Assembly (NCBI GenBank): GCA_023246355.1
Contig: JAHFIQ010000002.1
Coordinates: 118,229 to 182,228, forward strand
DNA from: Candidatus Uhrbacteria bacterium
GTDB lineage: Bacteria > Patescibacteriota > Patescibacteriia > UBA9934 > GWF2-40-263
Length of the DNA stretch: 64,000 nucleotides
Reading direction: 5' to 3'
The first letter of the stretch is position 1. Each line of letters opens with the position of its first letter. The position numbers were made by a program, and so were the translations under genes. The notes below the pieces were generated by a model. It made no database searches and was not told where the DNA came from. It saw nothing but the letters and a program-made list of their open reading frames with translations. Positions 10,290 through 20,065 of the stretch are shown here, in pieces.

Positions 10290-10730
10290 ATGTCACTTAC
10301 CCTTCACACCTTGCGACCACAAAAAGGCTCTCAGAAATCCAAGAAGCGCGTTGGACGTGGTTTGGGTTCCACTGGCACCTATTCCGGACGAGGAGTGAAA
10401 GGGCAGAGCGCTCGCTCCGGTGTTTCGGGTTTGAAACTTCAAGGTCTGCGCCATATCATGCTTGCCACGCCAAAGATGCGGGGGTTTACGAGCGGTTGGG
10501 AACGAGCCCAAGCGGTGAATGTTGATGATCTTTCAAAGACGTTTAAGACGGGAATGAAAGTCACACCGAAATTGCTTGAAAAAGCTGGGCTGATCGGAAA
10601 AGCGACTTCTCCGGTGAAAGTGCTTGGTGGGGGAGCGATTTCCATTGCGCTTACCCTCTCAGGTTGTCGTGTATCAGCGTCTGCAAAACAAAAAATCGAG
10701 GCAGCGGGTGGAAGTATTGTCAAAGAATAA
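10290..10730 (+). CDS. rplO: 50S ribosomal protein L15 (no L30 gene between S5 and L15)
   Basis: MSLTLHTLRPQKGSQKSKKRVGRG. Confidence 0.93.
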   Translation: MSLTLHTLRPQKGSQKSKKRVGRGLGSTGTYSGRGVKGQSARSGVSGLKLQGLRHIMLATPKMRGFTSGWERAQAVNVDDLSKTFKTGMKVTPKLLEKAGLIGKATSPVKVLGGGAISIALTLSGCRVSASAKQKIEAAGGSIVKE

Positions 10731-10739
10731 TCGATCGCT

Positions 10740-12002
10740 ATGAACACGCTCCTTCGCATGTGGAAAACAACAGACGTCCGCAACAGCCTCCTGTTTATTC
10801 TGGCGATGCTGATCATTTTTCGTCTGACCGCACACGTTCCCGTTCCTGGTATTGATGCTTCTGCTTTCACAACCATTTTTCAAGGTAATCAATTTTTGGG
10901 ACTCCTCAATGTTTTTTCTGGTGGCACGCTTGAGAATTTTTCCGTGGTGGCCATGGGAGTCATGCCCTATATTACTTCTTCCATTATTTTTCAACTCCTC
11001 GGCATGATTCTTCCAGCTGTGGAGGAGATGCAAAAAGAAGAACAAGGACGACAAAAACTCAATCAGTGGACACGACTTGCGACTGTGCCTTTGGCCCTTG
11101 TGCAGGGATATGGATTGATCCTTCTGCTTTCGCAGAAGGGACAATTTTTTACGGCCGCGGGAATCGAAACCATGGCGTTTGCGATTATCAGTCTTGCGAC
11201 AGGAACGATGTTTCTCATGTGGATTGGAGAACTCATCTCCGAGAAAAATGTGGGAAACGGGATTTCCATCATTATTCTTTCTGGTATTTTGGCCGGTCTT
11301 CCAACCACCCTCAGCCAATCACTCGCGGTTTTTGATCGCTCACAGCTGGTCACTCTCATTCTGTTTGTGGTGGCGTCGGTGGTGACGGTTGTGTCCATTG
11401 TCGTCATGCATGAAGCGCAGCGAAACATTCCTGTGCAGTATGCTCGCCAAGTGCAGGGCGGCCGATTTTCAGGAGCCGTGAGTTCTCATATCCCTCTGCG
11501 TCTGAATATGAGCGGGGTGATTCCGATTATCTTTGCGGTTTCGATTATTCTGTTTCCAACCGTCCTCTCTCAGTTTTTCTTAAATGCCAAAACAGACTTC
11601 CTGCGCACCGCAGCGAACTGGACACTTCAATTTTTTCAAAATCAAATCGTCTACGGCGTGACCTACTTTGTCCTCGTTTTCTTTTTCTCCTATTTTTACA
11701 CGGCCGTGATTTTTCATCCTGATCGAGTGGCGGAGAATATTCAAAAACAGGGTGGCTTTATTCCTGGCATTCGTCCGGGGAAGCCGACAGCGGAGTATCT
11801 TGGCTGGATCGTAAATCGTGTGCTCTTGGTTGGAGCGACCTTTCTTGCTGTGGTGGCTATTCTGCCGATCATCGTGCAACAGCTCACAGGGAACGCGGCG
11901 TTGTCCTTGGGCGGCACACGCATTTTGATTACGGTCGCTGTCATTGTTGAAAGCGTGAAACAGATTCAGGCACAGATGAGCATGCGAGAGTATGATGCAT
12001 AG
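10740..12002 (+). CDS. secY: preprotein translocase subunit SecY
   Basis: 420 aa, 10 TM pattern, standard spc-operon position. Confidence 0.95.
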   Translation: MNTLLRMWKTTDVRNSLLFILAMLIIFRLTAHVPVPGIDASAFTTIFQGNQFLGLLNVFSGGTLENFSVVAMGVMPYITSSIIFQLLGMILPAVEEMQKEEQGRQKLNQWTRLATVPLALVQGYGLILLLSQKGQFFTAAGIETMAFAIISLATGTMFLMWIGELISEKNVGNGISIIILSGILAGLPTTLSQSLAVFDRSQLVTLILFVVASVVTVVSIVVMHEAQRNIPVQYARQVQGGRFSGAVSSHIPLRLNMSGVIPIIFAVSIILFPTVLSQFFLNAKTDFLRTAANWTLQFFQNQIVYGVTYFVLVFFFSYFYTAVIFHPDRVAENIQKQGGFIPGIRPGKPTAEYLGWIVNRVLLVGATFLAVVAILPIIVQQLTGNAALSLGGTRILITVAVIVESVKQIQAQMSMREYDA

Positions 12003-12007
12003 AAAGG

Positions 12008-12029
12008 CGGCCCTTGTCGGGCCGTTTTT
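12008..12029 (+). terminator. rho-independent terminator after secY
   Basis: cggccc-ttgtc-gggccg GC-rich stem followed by ttttt. Confidence 0.65.
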
Positions 12030-12064
12030 AATTTTGCCATGATCTCTGCTAGACTAGGCCATGT

Positions 12065-12679
12065 ATGATCTACAAGATGTTGCTTATGGGACCACAGGGT
12101 TGCGGCAAGGGCACGCAGGCTGAGATTGTTTCAAAAATCCTTCGTGTGCCAGCTCTCAGCATGGGACAGCTCTTGCGAGATGAAATTGCCTCGGGAAGTG
12201 ATCTCGGAAAAAAATTTGACGTGATTTTAAAGCGCGGTGACCTCGTGTCTGATGAAGACGCGGCCATGATGCTCAAGCGTCGTTTGGAAAAATCTGATGC
12301 GCAAGGTGGCTACATCATCGATGGCTATCCGCGAAATCTTTCTCAGTGGAAGGCGTTTGATTTTGATACGCCCACCCATGTCATCGTGATCGATGTCCCA
12401 AGGGAGGAATCGCTGAAGCGTCTTGGGGGAAGACTCACCTGTCGAGTGTGCAACAAGGTTGGTGCCATGAAAGACGGCATCAAACCAGGTGACCTCTGTG
12501 CCTGTGGCGGGGAGTGGTATCAGCGTGACGACGACACCCCTGAGGCGATTTCGCGCCGGCTTCAGATCTATGAAAACGATACGCAGCCAGTGATTGAAAA
12601 ATATGGTGCGCTTGTGAAGCGCGTTGATGGGGTCGGTTCGGTTGAAGAAGTCGCCACCCGTATTAAACAACTGCTTTAA
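12065..12679 (+). CDS. adk: adenylate kinase (zinc-lid type; alternative start 12077)
   Basis: GPQGCGKGTQA P-loop; CRVC...CACG lid. Confidence 0.92.
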   Translation: MIYKMLLMGPQGCGKGTQAEIVSKILRVPALSMGQLLRDEIASGSDLGKKFDVILKRGDLVSDEDAAMMLKRRLEKSDAQGGYIIDGYPRNLSQWKAFDFDTPTHVIVIDVPREESLKRLGGRLTCRVCNKVGAMKDGIKPGDLCACGGEWYQRDDDTPEAISRRLQIYENDTQPVIEKYGALVKRVDGVGSVEEVATRIKQLL

Positions 12680-12680
12680 T

Positions 12681-13460
12681 ATGTCTCTCACCAAAACACC
12701 AGATGAAATCGAGAAGATGCGCCGCGGCGGGCATCTGCTTTCGCGTGCCCTCAAAGCATCCGTGGATGCTGTGGCGCCTGGCGTCATGCTGAGAGAACTC
12801 GACGCGATCGCCGAGCAGGTGATTGTTGATGGAGGCGGGAAGCCATCATTCAAAGGGTATCAACCAAGACCGTCTGACACGCCGTTTCCAAGCACGTTGT
12901 GTGTGTCCGTGAATGAAGAGATCGTGCATGGTCTTGGAAATCGCGATCGCAAGCTCAAGGAAGGAGACATCGTGGGGCTTGACATCGGTTGTTGGTTTGA
13001 AGGGTTGTGCACGGACATGGCCGTGACGGTTCCGGTTGGAGTTGTGAGTCCCGAGGCAACCAAGCTCATACAGGTCACACGCGATTCTCTCATGGCTGGA
13101 GTCGATGCGGCCCAGGTCGGCGCTGAGATTAAAGATATTAGTGCGGCGGTCGAGGATTTTGTGAAGCCCCATGGCTACGGCATCGTCCGTGCACTCGTTG
13201 GGCACGGCGTGGGTCACCAGGTGCATGAAGATCCCCATGTCCCAAATTTTGTGTCTGATCGCTATCCAAAAGTACCTATCCAAGACGGGATGTGTTTGGC
13301 GCTTGAGCCGATGCTGGGAATGGGCGGCGATTATCATGTGAAGACAGCCGAAGATGGTTGGAGTATTGTGATGGCAGATGGATCACTCGGTGCACACTTT
13401 GAAGTCACGATCGCGGTCACAAAAACAGGCACGGAAATTTTGACCCCGTTGCCTCTATGA
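12681..13460 (+). CDS. map: methionine aminopeptidase type I
   Basis: ATG 12681 after adk stop; metal-binding D/H/E residues pattern of MetAP. Confidence 0.92.
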   Translation: MSLTKTPDEIEKMRRGGHLLSRALKASVDAVAPGVMLRELDAIAEQVIVDGGGKPSFKGYQPRPSDTPFPSTLCVSVNEEIVHGLGNRDRKLKEGDIVGLDIGCWFEGLCTDMAVTVPVGVVSPEATKLIQVTRDSLMAGVDAAQVGAEIKDISAAVEDFVKPHGYGIVRALVGHGVGHQVHEDPHVPNFVSDRYPKVPIQDGMCLALEPMLGMGGDYHVKTAEDGWSIVMADGSLGAHFEVTIAVTKTGTEILTPLPL

Positions 13461-13873
13461 GAATCCTCGGTATCGATTACGGTGATAAAAAAATAGGACT
13501 TGCGTTTGGGGATTCCACGGTAGGCGTGGCTGTGCCCTTGGATGTTGTTCCTAATCTTGGTGAGGAAACACTGAAAATTTTTGCCAAAAAAGTTACCGTG
13601 GATGATATTGAGTGTATTGTTGTAGGAGTGCCACTTTCTACAGGTGGACATCATTCTCCTCTCCAGCTTGAAAAGACACGAGCCTTCATCAAAGCCCTTG
13701 AGAGTGTTGTTTCTGTGCCAGTCGTGGAAGAAGATGAATCGTACACAAGCGCTGAGAGTATTCGTCTTCAGCGAGAGGAAGGCGCTCAAGCGCAGGAAGA
13801 TGCTCTCTCCGCCATGCTCATTGTTCAAGCCTATATGGAAAAGGTACAACGTAGTGAGCCTGTCGAACTATGA
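13457..13873 (+). CDS. ruvX: YqgF/RuvX-like pre-16S rRNA nuclease / Holliday junction resolvase-like
   Basis: MRILGIDYGDKKIGLAFGD N-terminus typical of YqgF. Confidence 0.85.
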   Translation: MRILGIDYGDKKIGLAFGDSTVGVAVPLDVVPNLGEETLKIFAKKVTVDDIECIVVGVPLSTGGHHSPLQLEKTRAFIKALESVVSVPVVEEDESYTSAESIRLQREEGAQAQEDALSAMLIVQAYMEKVQRSEPVEL

Positions 13874-14352
13874 GTCACTTTTCACGCATCATTCTTCTGA
13901 TCCTTGTGTTGCTCGGTGGATTTTGGTTGTGGAAGGATCTTGGGGAGGTAGATGAGGTGGAACAGGTGGATGAGGTGGCAGAGGAAGAAGGAAGAACCGT
14001 TGCGCCAAACGAATTTGTGTCCGATGCTGGTGTTATTCTTCGCGTTCTTTCACCACTTCCGGATTCTGTCATAAGCTCGCCACTCACGATTACTGGAGAG
14101 GCTCCAGGAACATGGTACTTTGAAGGCAGTTTTCCTGTGGATCTGGTGGATGGGGCTGGGATTGTCCAAGCCCAGGGTCAGGCGCAGGCTCAGGACGATT
14201 GGATGACGTCAGAGTTTGTGCCGTTTGTTGTGACACTCGAATTTGAAAAGCCAAGTTATAGCGAAACAGGAACGCTATTTCTCCGCCGTGATAATCCTTC
14301 AGGTCTGTCCGAGAACGACGACGCGATTGAGATTCCCATTCAATTTCAATAA
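13870..14352 (+). CDS. membrane-anchored Gmad2 Ig-like domain protein
   Basis: N-terminal TM; GEAPGTWYFEGSFPV...AQGQAQAQDDWMTSEFVPF...NPSGLSENDD matches Gmad2/GerM-like pattern. Confidence 0.6.
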   Translation: MSHFSRIILLILVLLGGFWLWKDLGEVDEVEQVDEVAEEEGRTVAPNEFVSDAGVILRVLSPLPDSVISSPLTITGEAPGTWYFEGSFPVDLVDGAGIVQAQGQAQAQDDWMTSEFVPFVVTLEFEKPSYSETGTLFLRRDNPSGLSENDDAIEIPIQFQ

Positions 14353-14370
14353 TTCACCTCAAAGGATTTT

Positions 14371-15390
14371 ATGCGTAACCTTTTTCTCCCTCTGACGTTG
14401 TTGCTCCTTCTAGGAGCCGGGTGTTTCTCCTTGGAATCTGAGACCACAGCGGACAGCGATACGGGTGAACAGACACAGGTTGTGACTGAACCAAGCTCGG
14501 TCACTGGCGAGCCGACCGAGCCACCCACAGGTGAGCCACCCGATCAACAAGAGTCTGGTATTCAGAATCATGCTCTCTTTATTGCCTTTAGTGATGACGG
14601 AGACACATGGGACGTGAATGAAGAAACGATTGCTGAGGAAGCGTCCGTGGGGAATTTGATGGCACTGACACAGGATGCGGGTGAGTATGAGGCAGGAGAC
14701 TTGCTTGCCTATTTTGTGGATGCCAGTGAGATGGCGAAGATCGGGGAAGAACGTATTGGTCTTATCTCCTCCACGGACAACGGCAAGACCTGGAGTGAGC
14801 GTCAGAAAATCGTGATCAACGATTTGCCTGACACCATCTTGACGGTCGATCCAACAGCCGTTCAACTGGACGATGGCTCGATTCGGATTTTCTTTTTTGA
14901 CTTTTCACAGGTCGGCGGCGTGGCTCAGGAAGACTGGGATGAGGATCAAGATCACGTTATTCTCTCGGCCATCTCAACCGATGGCGAGACTTTTGATTTT
15001 GAAGGAGAGTCCTTCAGACGCGTGAACGTGACGGATCCTGAAGTGGTAAAATTCGGTGACATGTGGTTCATGTATTTGGCTGCCATGGCTGAGGACGGCA
15101 TCGCGATTGCCACAAGTGTTGACGGACAGAGTTTTGAGGATACAGGCATCGTAATCAACATGGAGGGCATTCCTGGATCATTGGTGGTAGATGATGAAGT
15201 CCAGATTTTTGGATGTAGCCGCACGGGCATCACCAGAGCGAGCTCAACAGATGGCACCACATTCTCAGAGGAAGAAATTGCCTTGCAAGTTCCGGCGTGT
15301 GATCCTGATCCCGCGATTCTTGCGGATGGATCGATTGCACTCCTCTTTAAAGGATTCTCAACAACCCTCACGATGCCCCCTGCACAATAA
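14371..15390 (+). CDS. lipoprotein with BNR/Asp-box repeats (sialidase-like beta-propeller)
   Basis: LLLGAGC lipobox; repeated SxDxGxTW/F (STDNGKTWS, AISTDGETF, TSVDGQSF, SSTDGTTF). Confidence 0.6.
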   Translation: MRNLFLPLTLLLLLGAGCFSLESETTADSDTGEQTQVVTEPSSVTGEPTEPPTGEPPDQQESGIQNHALFIAFSDDGDTWDVNEETIAEEASVGNLMALTQDAGEYEAGDLLAYFVDASEMAKIGEERIGLISSTDNGKTWSERQKIVINDLPDTILTVDPTAVQLDDGSIRIFFFDFSQVGGVAQEDWDEDQDHVILSAISTDGETFDFEGESFRRVNVTDPEVVKFGDMWFMYLAAMAEDGIAIATSVDGQSFEDTGIVINMEGIPGSLVVDDEVQIFGCSRTGITRASSTDGTTFSEEEIALQVPACDPDPAILADGSIALLFKGFSTTLTMPPAQ

Positions 15391-15409
15391 AATACCTCCG
15401 TCGACCAGC

Positions 15410-15431
15410 ATCGCCCTTTTGGGCGATTTTT
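15410..15431 (+). terminator. rho-independent terminator
   Basis: atcgccc-tttt-gggcgat followed by ttttt. Confidence 0.55.
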
Positions 15432-15447
15432 GGTATGCTATAGGCAT

Positions 15448-15639
15448 ATGATCAACATAAACCTTGTGAATGCTGCGGTATTTATTGCCGTGGCCGTGCT
15501 CCATGTTGTGAGGCTTCTCACCGGGGCAGAAGCAGTGATTGGCGGCATGGTGATGCCTCTGTGGCTGTCGGCCGTAGGGGTCGTGGTCGCCATTGTGCTT
15601 GCTTGGCTTAACGTGAAAGCCATATCCAAAAAAGTATGA
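15448..15639 (+). CDS. small two-TM membrane protein (hypothetical)
   Basis: 63 aa hydrophobic ORF; start at ATG 15448 within track ORF 15430..15639. Confidence 0.3.
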   Translation: MININLVNAAVFIAVAVLHVVRLLTGAEAVIGGMVMPLWLSAVGVVVAIVLAWLNVKAISKKV

Positions 15640-16622
15640 GCGATCAACAACACAAAAGCACAGCCAAGGACGTGTTTTCATATTTGCTGATGATCGCCAT
15701 GCTCTATGTGGGTGTGGTGAGTTTTATTACACTTCTGTTTCAATACGTGAACGTGAAATTTCCTGACACGCTTGATTATTGGATGATGGGCGGGGCTGAT
15801 CAGGCGATGCGAGGGTCTATTTCAGCCCTCCTCATCGTCTGGCCTGTGTACATCCTCATGAGCTGGCTCATTGGCCGGGATCTCAAAGCCGATGTGAGTA
15901 AACAAGGTCTGTGGGTACGTAAGTGGCTTTTGTATCTCACCCTGTTTGTGGCAGCACTGACCGTCATCATTGATCTCATCACGCTCGTGAATACATTTTT
16001 GAACGGGGAGATTACCACGCGATTCATTTTGAAAGTGATCGTTGTGCTCCTCGTGGCTGCGGCGGTATTTGCGTATTATCTTTGGGAGCTACGTCGAGAC
16101 CCAGCAACAAAGACCCTTCTTCCTAAGCACGCTGCTCTTACCAGTTCTTTGATCGTGATCGCCGCCATTGTCGCCACGTTCCTGTTGATTGGAAGCCCTG
16201 CCAAACAACGAGATGCACGCATGGATCAGCAACGTGTTTGGGATCTGCAATCCATTCAAAGCCAAGTCCTCACCTATTGGATTCAAAAAGAGACTCTGCC
16301 TGCGACATTGGATGATTTGAAGGATCCGTTTTCAGGCTACGAGGCACCAGTGGATCCGGTCACAGGCGAGCCCTACACCTACACGGTAAAAGGCGAACTT
16401 GAATTTGATGTGTGCGCAGACTTTGAAACAGAAGTTGTTGAAGATGAAAACAATAAAGTCTATCCCGTGATGACGCCGTATGATTACAACTACGGGACAA
16501 CAGGGAACTGGGCACATGGTATTGGCACAACGTGTTTCACCCGGACGATCGATCCCGAGCTGTACGATGAAAGTGATACGGGAGGTCCAGAAGACCTGAA
16601 GAGTGTCGTCGCGCCTGAATGA
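15636..16622 (+). CDS. DUF5671-like multi-pass membrane protein with GspG-like C-terminal domain
   Basis: N-terminal hydrophobic region resembling DUF5671 proteins common in Parcubacteria; C-terminus resembles pseudopilin G C-domain (PATLDDL...DPVTGEPYTY). Confidence 0.5.
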   Translation: MSDQQHKSTAKDVFSYLLMIAMLYVGVVSFITLLFQYVNVKFPDTLDYWMMGGADQAMRGSISALLIVWPVYILMSWLIGRDLKADVSKQGLWVRKWLLYLTLFVAALTVIIDLITLVNTFLNGEITTRFILKVIVVLLVAAAVFAYYLWELRRDPATKTLLPKHAALTSSLIVIAAIVATFLLIGSPAKQRDARMDQQRVWDLQSIQSQVLTYWIQKETLPATLDDLKDPFSGYEAPVDPVTGEPYTYTVKGELEFDVCADFETEVVEDENNKVYPVMTPYDYNYGTTGNWAHGIGTTCFTRTIDPELYDESDTGGPEDLKSVVAPE

Positions 16623-17395
16623 GCGTTCTCTCTCACACCACAGGTATCGTTCTTTCCCATCGCGACCACCGGGAAGCGGACCGGTGGTATTCGGTTTTTA
16701 CACCCGATCGTGGAAAGGTTGAGTTTCTGGCCCGTGGTGGACACAAGCCGCTGGCAAAACTGACACCGCATTTGGAAATGGTCGCCGTCGTGGAACTCAT
16801 GTTGGTTCACGGTCGTGCGTATCACATTGTCGCTGGAGTTGAACGTCAACGTGCGTTCGCTCACGTCTACGATGATCTGCAAAAATTGACCCTCGCCCAA
16901 AACGCTTTGCATCTGGTCGATATCGGAACGCGTGCACAAGAAGCAGACGTTCAAGTCTATCAACTCTTGGAGGATTGGCTTTCTTTCCTTGATGCAGACA
17001 CAGAACTCTCCACAGAGCGTGCTGGGTTTTTGCTTGGGGCGTTTACTCTCAAGCTCATGACGCTTATTGGGTATCGACCAGAACTTTCGCACTGTCTCAA
17101 TTGTCGCCTGAGCATTACGGCAGGATCGTATCGTTGGCATGCGCTCAAGGGTGGAGTTGTTTGTCGTGCCTGTTTCATTCACGAACAAGAACAATGGTTT
17201 TCCGCAAGAGAGATGACCGATGGAACATTGAAACTTTTACGATTTGGCATTGAGGAACCGTTTCCTGTTCACTTACGTCCACACTTGACCGGTGAAGATT
17301 TGTTGGGCTTTCACGAAGCAGTTGAATCACTGATTATTTCCCACTTTCCTACGATTCCTGCATCCTCATTGAGAGAGTCCTGCGCCGTGTGCTAG
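16619..17395 (+). CDS. recO: DNA repair protein RecO
   Basis: RecO N-terminal OB region and C-terminal CLNC...CRAC zinc motif. Confidence 0.85.
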   Translation: MSVLSHTTGIVLSHRDHREADRWYSVFTPDRGKVEFLARGGHKPLAKLTPHLEMVAVVELMLVHGRAYHIVAGVERQRAFAHVYDDLQKLTLAQNALHLVDIGTRAQEADVQVYQLLEDWLSFLDADTELSTERAGFLLGAFTLKLMTLIGYRPELSHCLNCRLSITAGSYRWHALKGGVVCRACFIHEQEQWFSAREMTDGTLKLLRFGIEEPFPVHLRPHLTGEDLLGFHEAVESLIISHFPTIPASSLRESCAVC

Positions 17396-17406
17396 GCTGA
17401 TCTTCT

Positions 17407-18789
17407 ATGATCACAACCGTTTCACAGGTGAGAGAACATATCGGCCAGGAAGTTGAACTTCAAGGCTGGTGTTACAACTTTCGCTCCAGTGGGAAAATTT
17501 TCTTTTTGCAATTTCGCGATGGGACAGGTCGCGTGCAGGTGGTTTTTTCCAAGAGCGAAATTTCATCGGACCAATGGGACCTCTTGGATCAATTGCGGCT
17601 CGAGTCATCGGTGATTGTTCGTGGAATCGTAAAAGCAGAGCCCCGCGCTCCAAGTGGGTTTGAACTCCAAGGTGTCTCATTCAAGATCGTTCAGTTAGCC
17701 CAAGAAGGCTATCCGATCGGCAAAAAAGAACATGGACCAGAATTTCTTTTGGACAACCGGCATCTGTGGCTGCGCGCGGAAAGTCAATGGGCCGTGCAGC
17801 GTGTGCGTGATCGCATCATCACCTCCACCTATGAGTGGTTTCACGAAAACGGGTTTATCAAATTCGACACGCCGATTTTAACGCCGACTTCTTGTGAGGG
17901 AACGACGGAGTTGTTTGAGATGGATTATTTTGGAGAAGGGGAGAAGGTAGAACAGGGGGATGAGGTGGAAAAGGTTGGACCTCTCGGAAAAGGCGAACCA
18001 GAAAAAGTAGAAACGTCTGGTGGAACAAAGGCCTATCTTGCGCAGTCTGGTCAGCTGTATTTGGAGGCTGGCATCATGAGTCTTGGTCGCGCATTTGACT
18101 TTGGTCCCGTCTTCCGTGCAGAGAAATCAAAGACACGGCGACATCTGACCGAGTTTTGGATGATGGATGCCGAGGCAGCGTACGTCGAGCATGAAGGGAA
18201 CATGGCGATTCAAGAAGCGCTCATCTGTCGCATCGTGGCAGACGTTCTGGCACAGTGCGCGTATGAGCTCAAGGTGTTAGAACGTGACATCGAGCCGCTG
18301 AAAAAAGTTCAGGCACCGTTTGTGCATCTGACCCACGAAGAAGCAACGAAAAAATTGAGAGAACTTGGAAGTGATATTGGTGAACGCGCGGATTTGGGAG
18401 CCGATGACGAGACACTTCTCACACAGCACTATGATCGACCGATTTTCATCGAGAAATATCCGGCCGAGGTCAAAGCGTTTTACATGAAGCGCGATCCTCA
18501 CGATGACACACGGGTCCTCAACAACGATCTGCTCGCACCGGAGGGCTACGGGGAAATCATCGGGGGTTCCCAACGTGAAGACGATTACGAGACACTGCTC
18601 AAACGCATTCACGACCACGGGCTTGATCCAAAACCGTTTGACTGGTACCTCGACTTACGCCGCTATGGATCGGTTCCGCACTCGGGGTTCGGCTACGGCC
18701 TGGAACGCATCGTCGCCTGGACCTGCGGCCTTCACCACGTACGCGAAACCATTCCGTTCCCACGACTTGTAAATCGCATCAATCCCTAG
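17407..18789 (+). CDS. asnS: asparaginyl-tRNA synthetase
   Basis: TPILTPTSCEGTTE, FRAEKSKTRRHLTEFWM, GGSQRE, GFGYGLERIVAWTCG...IPFPR class II motifs closest to AsnRS. Confidence 0.85.
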   Translation: MITTVSQVREHIGQEVELQGWCYNFRSSGKIFFLQFRDGTGRVQVVFSKSEISSDQWDLLDQLRLESSVIVRGIVKAEPRAPSGFELQGVSFKIVQLAQEGYPIGKKEHGPEFLLDNRHLWLRAESQWAVQRVRDRIITSTYEWFHENGFIKFDTPILTPTSCEGTTELFEMDYFGEGEKVEQGDEVEKVGPLGKGEPEKVETSGGTKAYLAQSGQLYLEAGIMSLGRAFDFGPVFRAEKSKTRRHLTEFWMMDAEAAYVEHEGNMAIQEALICRIVADVLAQCAYELKVLERDIEPLKKVQAPFVHLTHEEATKKLRELGSDIGERADLGADDETLLTQHYDRPIFIEKYPAEVKAFYMKRDPHDDTRVLNNDLLAPEGYGEIIGGSQREDDYETLLKRIHDHGLDPKPFDWYLDLRRYGSVPHSGFGYGLERIVAWTCGLHHVRETIPFPRLVNRINP

Positions 18790-18790
18790 T

Positions 18791-20056
18791 ATGAAATCCT
18801 TCAAAACGCTTCTCTTACTCATCGTCATTGTCCTTATCGGAGGCTTGGGGTTTCTGTACTGGGCCAGCTTTGTGGATCAGACAACGGAGCCGATCGCTGA
18901 GGTGTCTGAGGAGCAAGAAGCGCAGGAGACGCAGGAGCCAGAGAATGTCGGCCCAGGAACGTATCTCATTTTTCAATCAGTCCGTACGACCGACGCAGGA
19001 GAACAAGACTGGGCGAATGATGATACACAGACCTATACGTTTTACCGTCTCGCACTAGGCGAAGCGACCTATCGAGCAAATCCTTCCTCGGAAGATCTTG
19101 TTGCGTTTGCGACGGTTGAGCATGGACCGGAGTTTGGGGGAGGACTGACGACCACGATCTTTGGAGAAAATCTTTTGATGCATCGATACCAGACCAGTCG
19201 TGTGTACGACGCCGTGAATGGACGTCCAGAGGAGGGGACAGAGCAAGATGGACTGATGTCACTCACAGGGGAAATTGTGAAAACACGACCAGAGCAGTGG
19301 GGTTCGATTCGTTCAAAGAATGGACGGTACGAGGTGACGTGGAATTCTTTGTACGATGAGATTGAACAGAACATCCTTGTCACAGACACACTTAGCGGTG
19401 AGATCGTGGCACAGGTTGATCCCGCATCCATTATGGAATCGTCTCGTTGGACGGCTGAACCGTTTGCGATGAATAACCTTGGAACGTATCTGTATCTGCA
19501 CGAGGTATGTGGCTGTGAGGCATCGTTGTCTGGCTATTGGGAAGTGAATCTAAAGACTGGCGAGATCCGGGACTTACAGAAACTGTTTGATCTCCCTTCG
19601 TGGAGTCAGACAAATTTGGATCCAGACACTGGGCGACTGCTTGTCATCGATGAGGCTCGTGAAGCAAGTAGTGAGGGGCCATTTGATGAACTGGTGCCTC
19701 CCTCAACGGTCCGGTTGATCGATCTTGATTCTAGTGAGACAACCAACCTGTTTACCGATGAAGCACAGGCCTATGGTCGTCCGTTGCTTGATGCTTCAGG
19801 CCAAGATTCTTATCTGTTGAGACCCTGGAAAGAAGGAAACGAGATCTGGCTTTTTGGACTTGAGGATGACGAGGCACAAGAGGCTGAGAAACTCACGGAT
19901 GGTTGGGTGATGGACTGGGTCGGTGACTGGTTGGTCGTCGACGATAATCAAATCCTGAGTCTGTTTAATTTGGAAACACGAGGATCGATGACGCTGGTCG
20001 TCCCCGATGGAGCTGAACGGTTCGAATATGTCGGGTCGGTTGTGATAGGCGAATAG
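18791..20056 (+). CDS. N-terminally anchored hypothetical protein (possible beta-propeller)
   Basis: signal-anchor then acidic linker; no recognisable family. Confidence 0.45.
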   Translation: MKSFKTLLLLIVIVLIGGLGFLYWASFVDQTTEPIAEVSEEQEAQETQEPENVGPGTYLIFQSVRTTDAGEQDWANDDTQTYTFYRLALGEATYRANPSSEDLVAFATVEHGPEFGGGLTTTIFGENLLMHRYQTSRVYDAVNGRPEEGTEQDGLMSLTGEIVKTRPEQWGSIRSKNGRYEVTWNSLYDEIEQNILVTDTLSGEIVAQVDPASIMESSRWTAEPFAMNNLGTYLYLHEVCGCEASLSGYWEVNLKTGEIRDLQKLFDLPSWSQTNLDPDTGRLLVIDEAREASSEGPFDELVPPSTVRLIDLDSSETTNLFTDEAQAYGRPLLDASGQDSYLLRPWKEGNEIWLFGLEDDEAQEAEKLTDGWVMDWVGDWLVVDDNQILSLFNLETRGSMTLVVPDGAERFEYVGSVVIGE

Positions 20057-20065
20057 ATTTCAGCT

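Noticed and set aside
10674-11318. 214-aa minus-strand ORF inside secY
   Set aside because: Antisense shadow ORF of secY; no family resemblance
12035-12055. ttgcca...tagact as adk promoter
   Set aside because: Spacer only ~10 nt; not a credible -35/-10 pair
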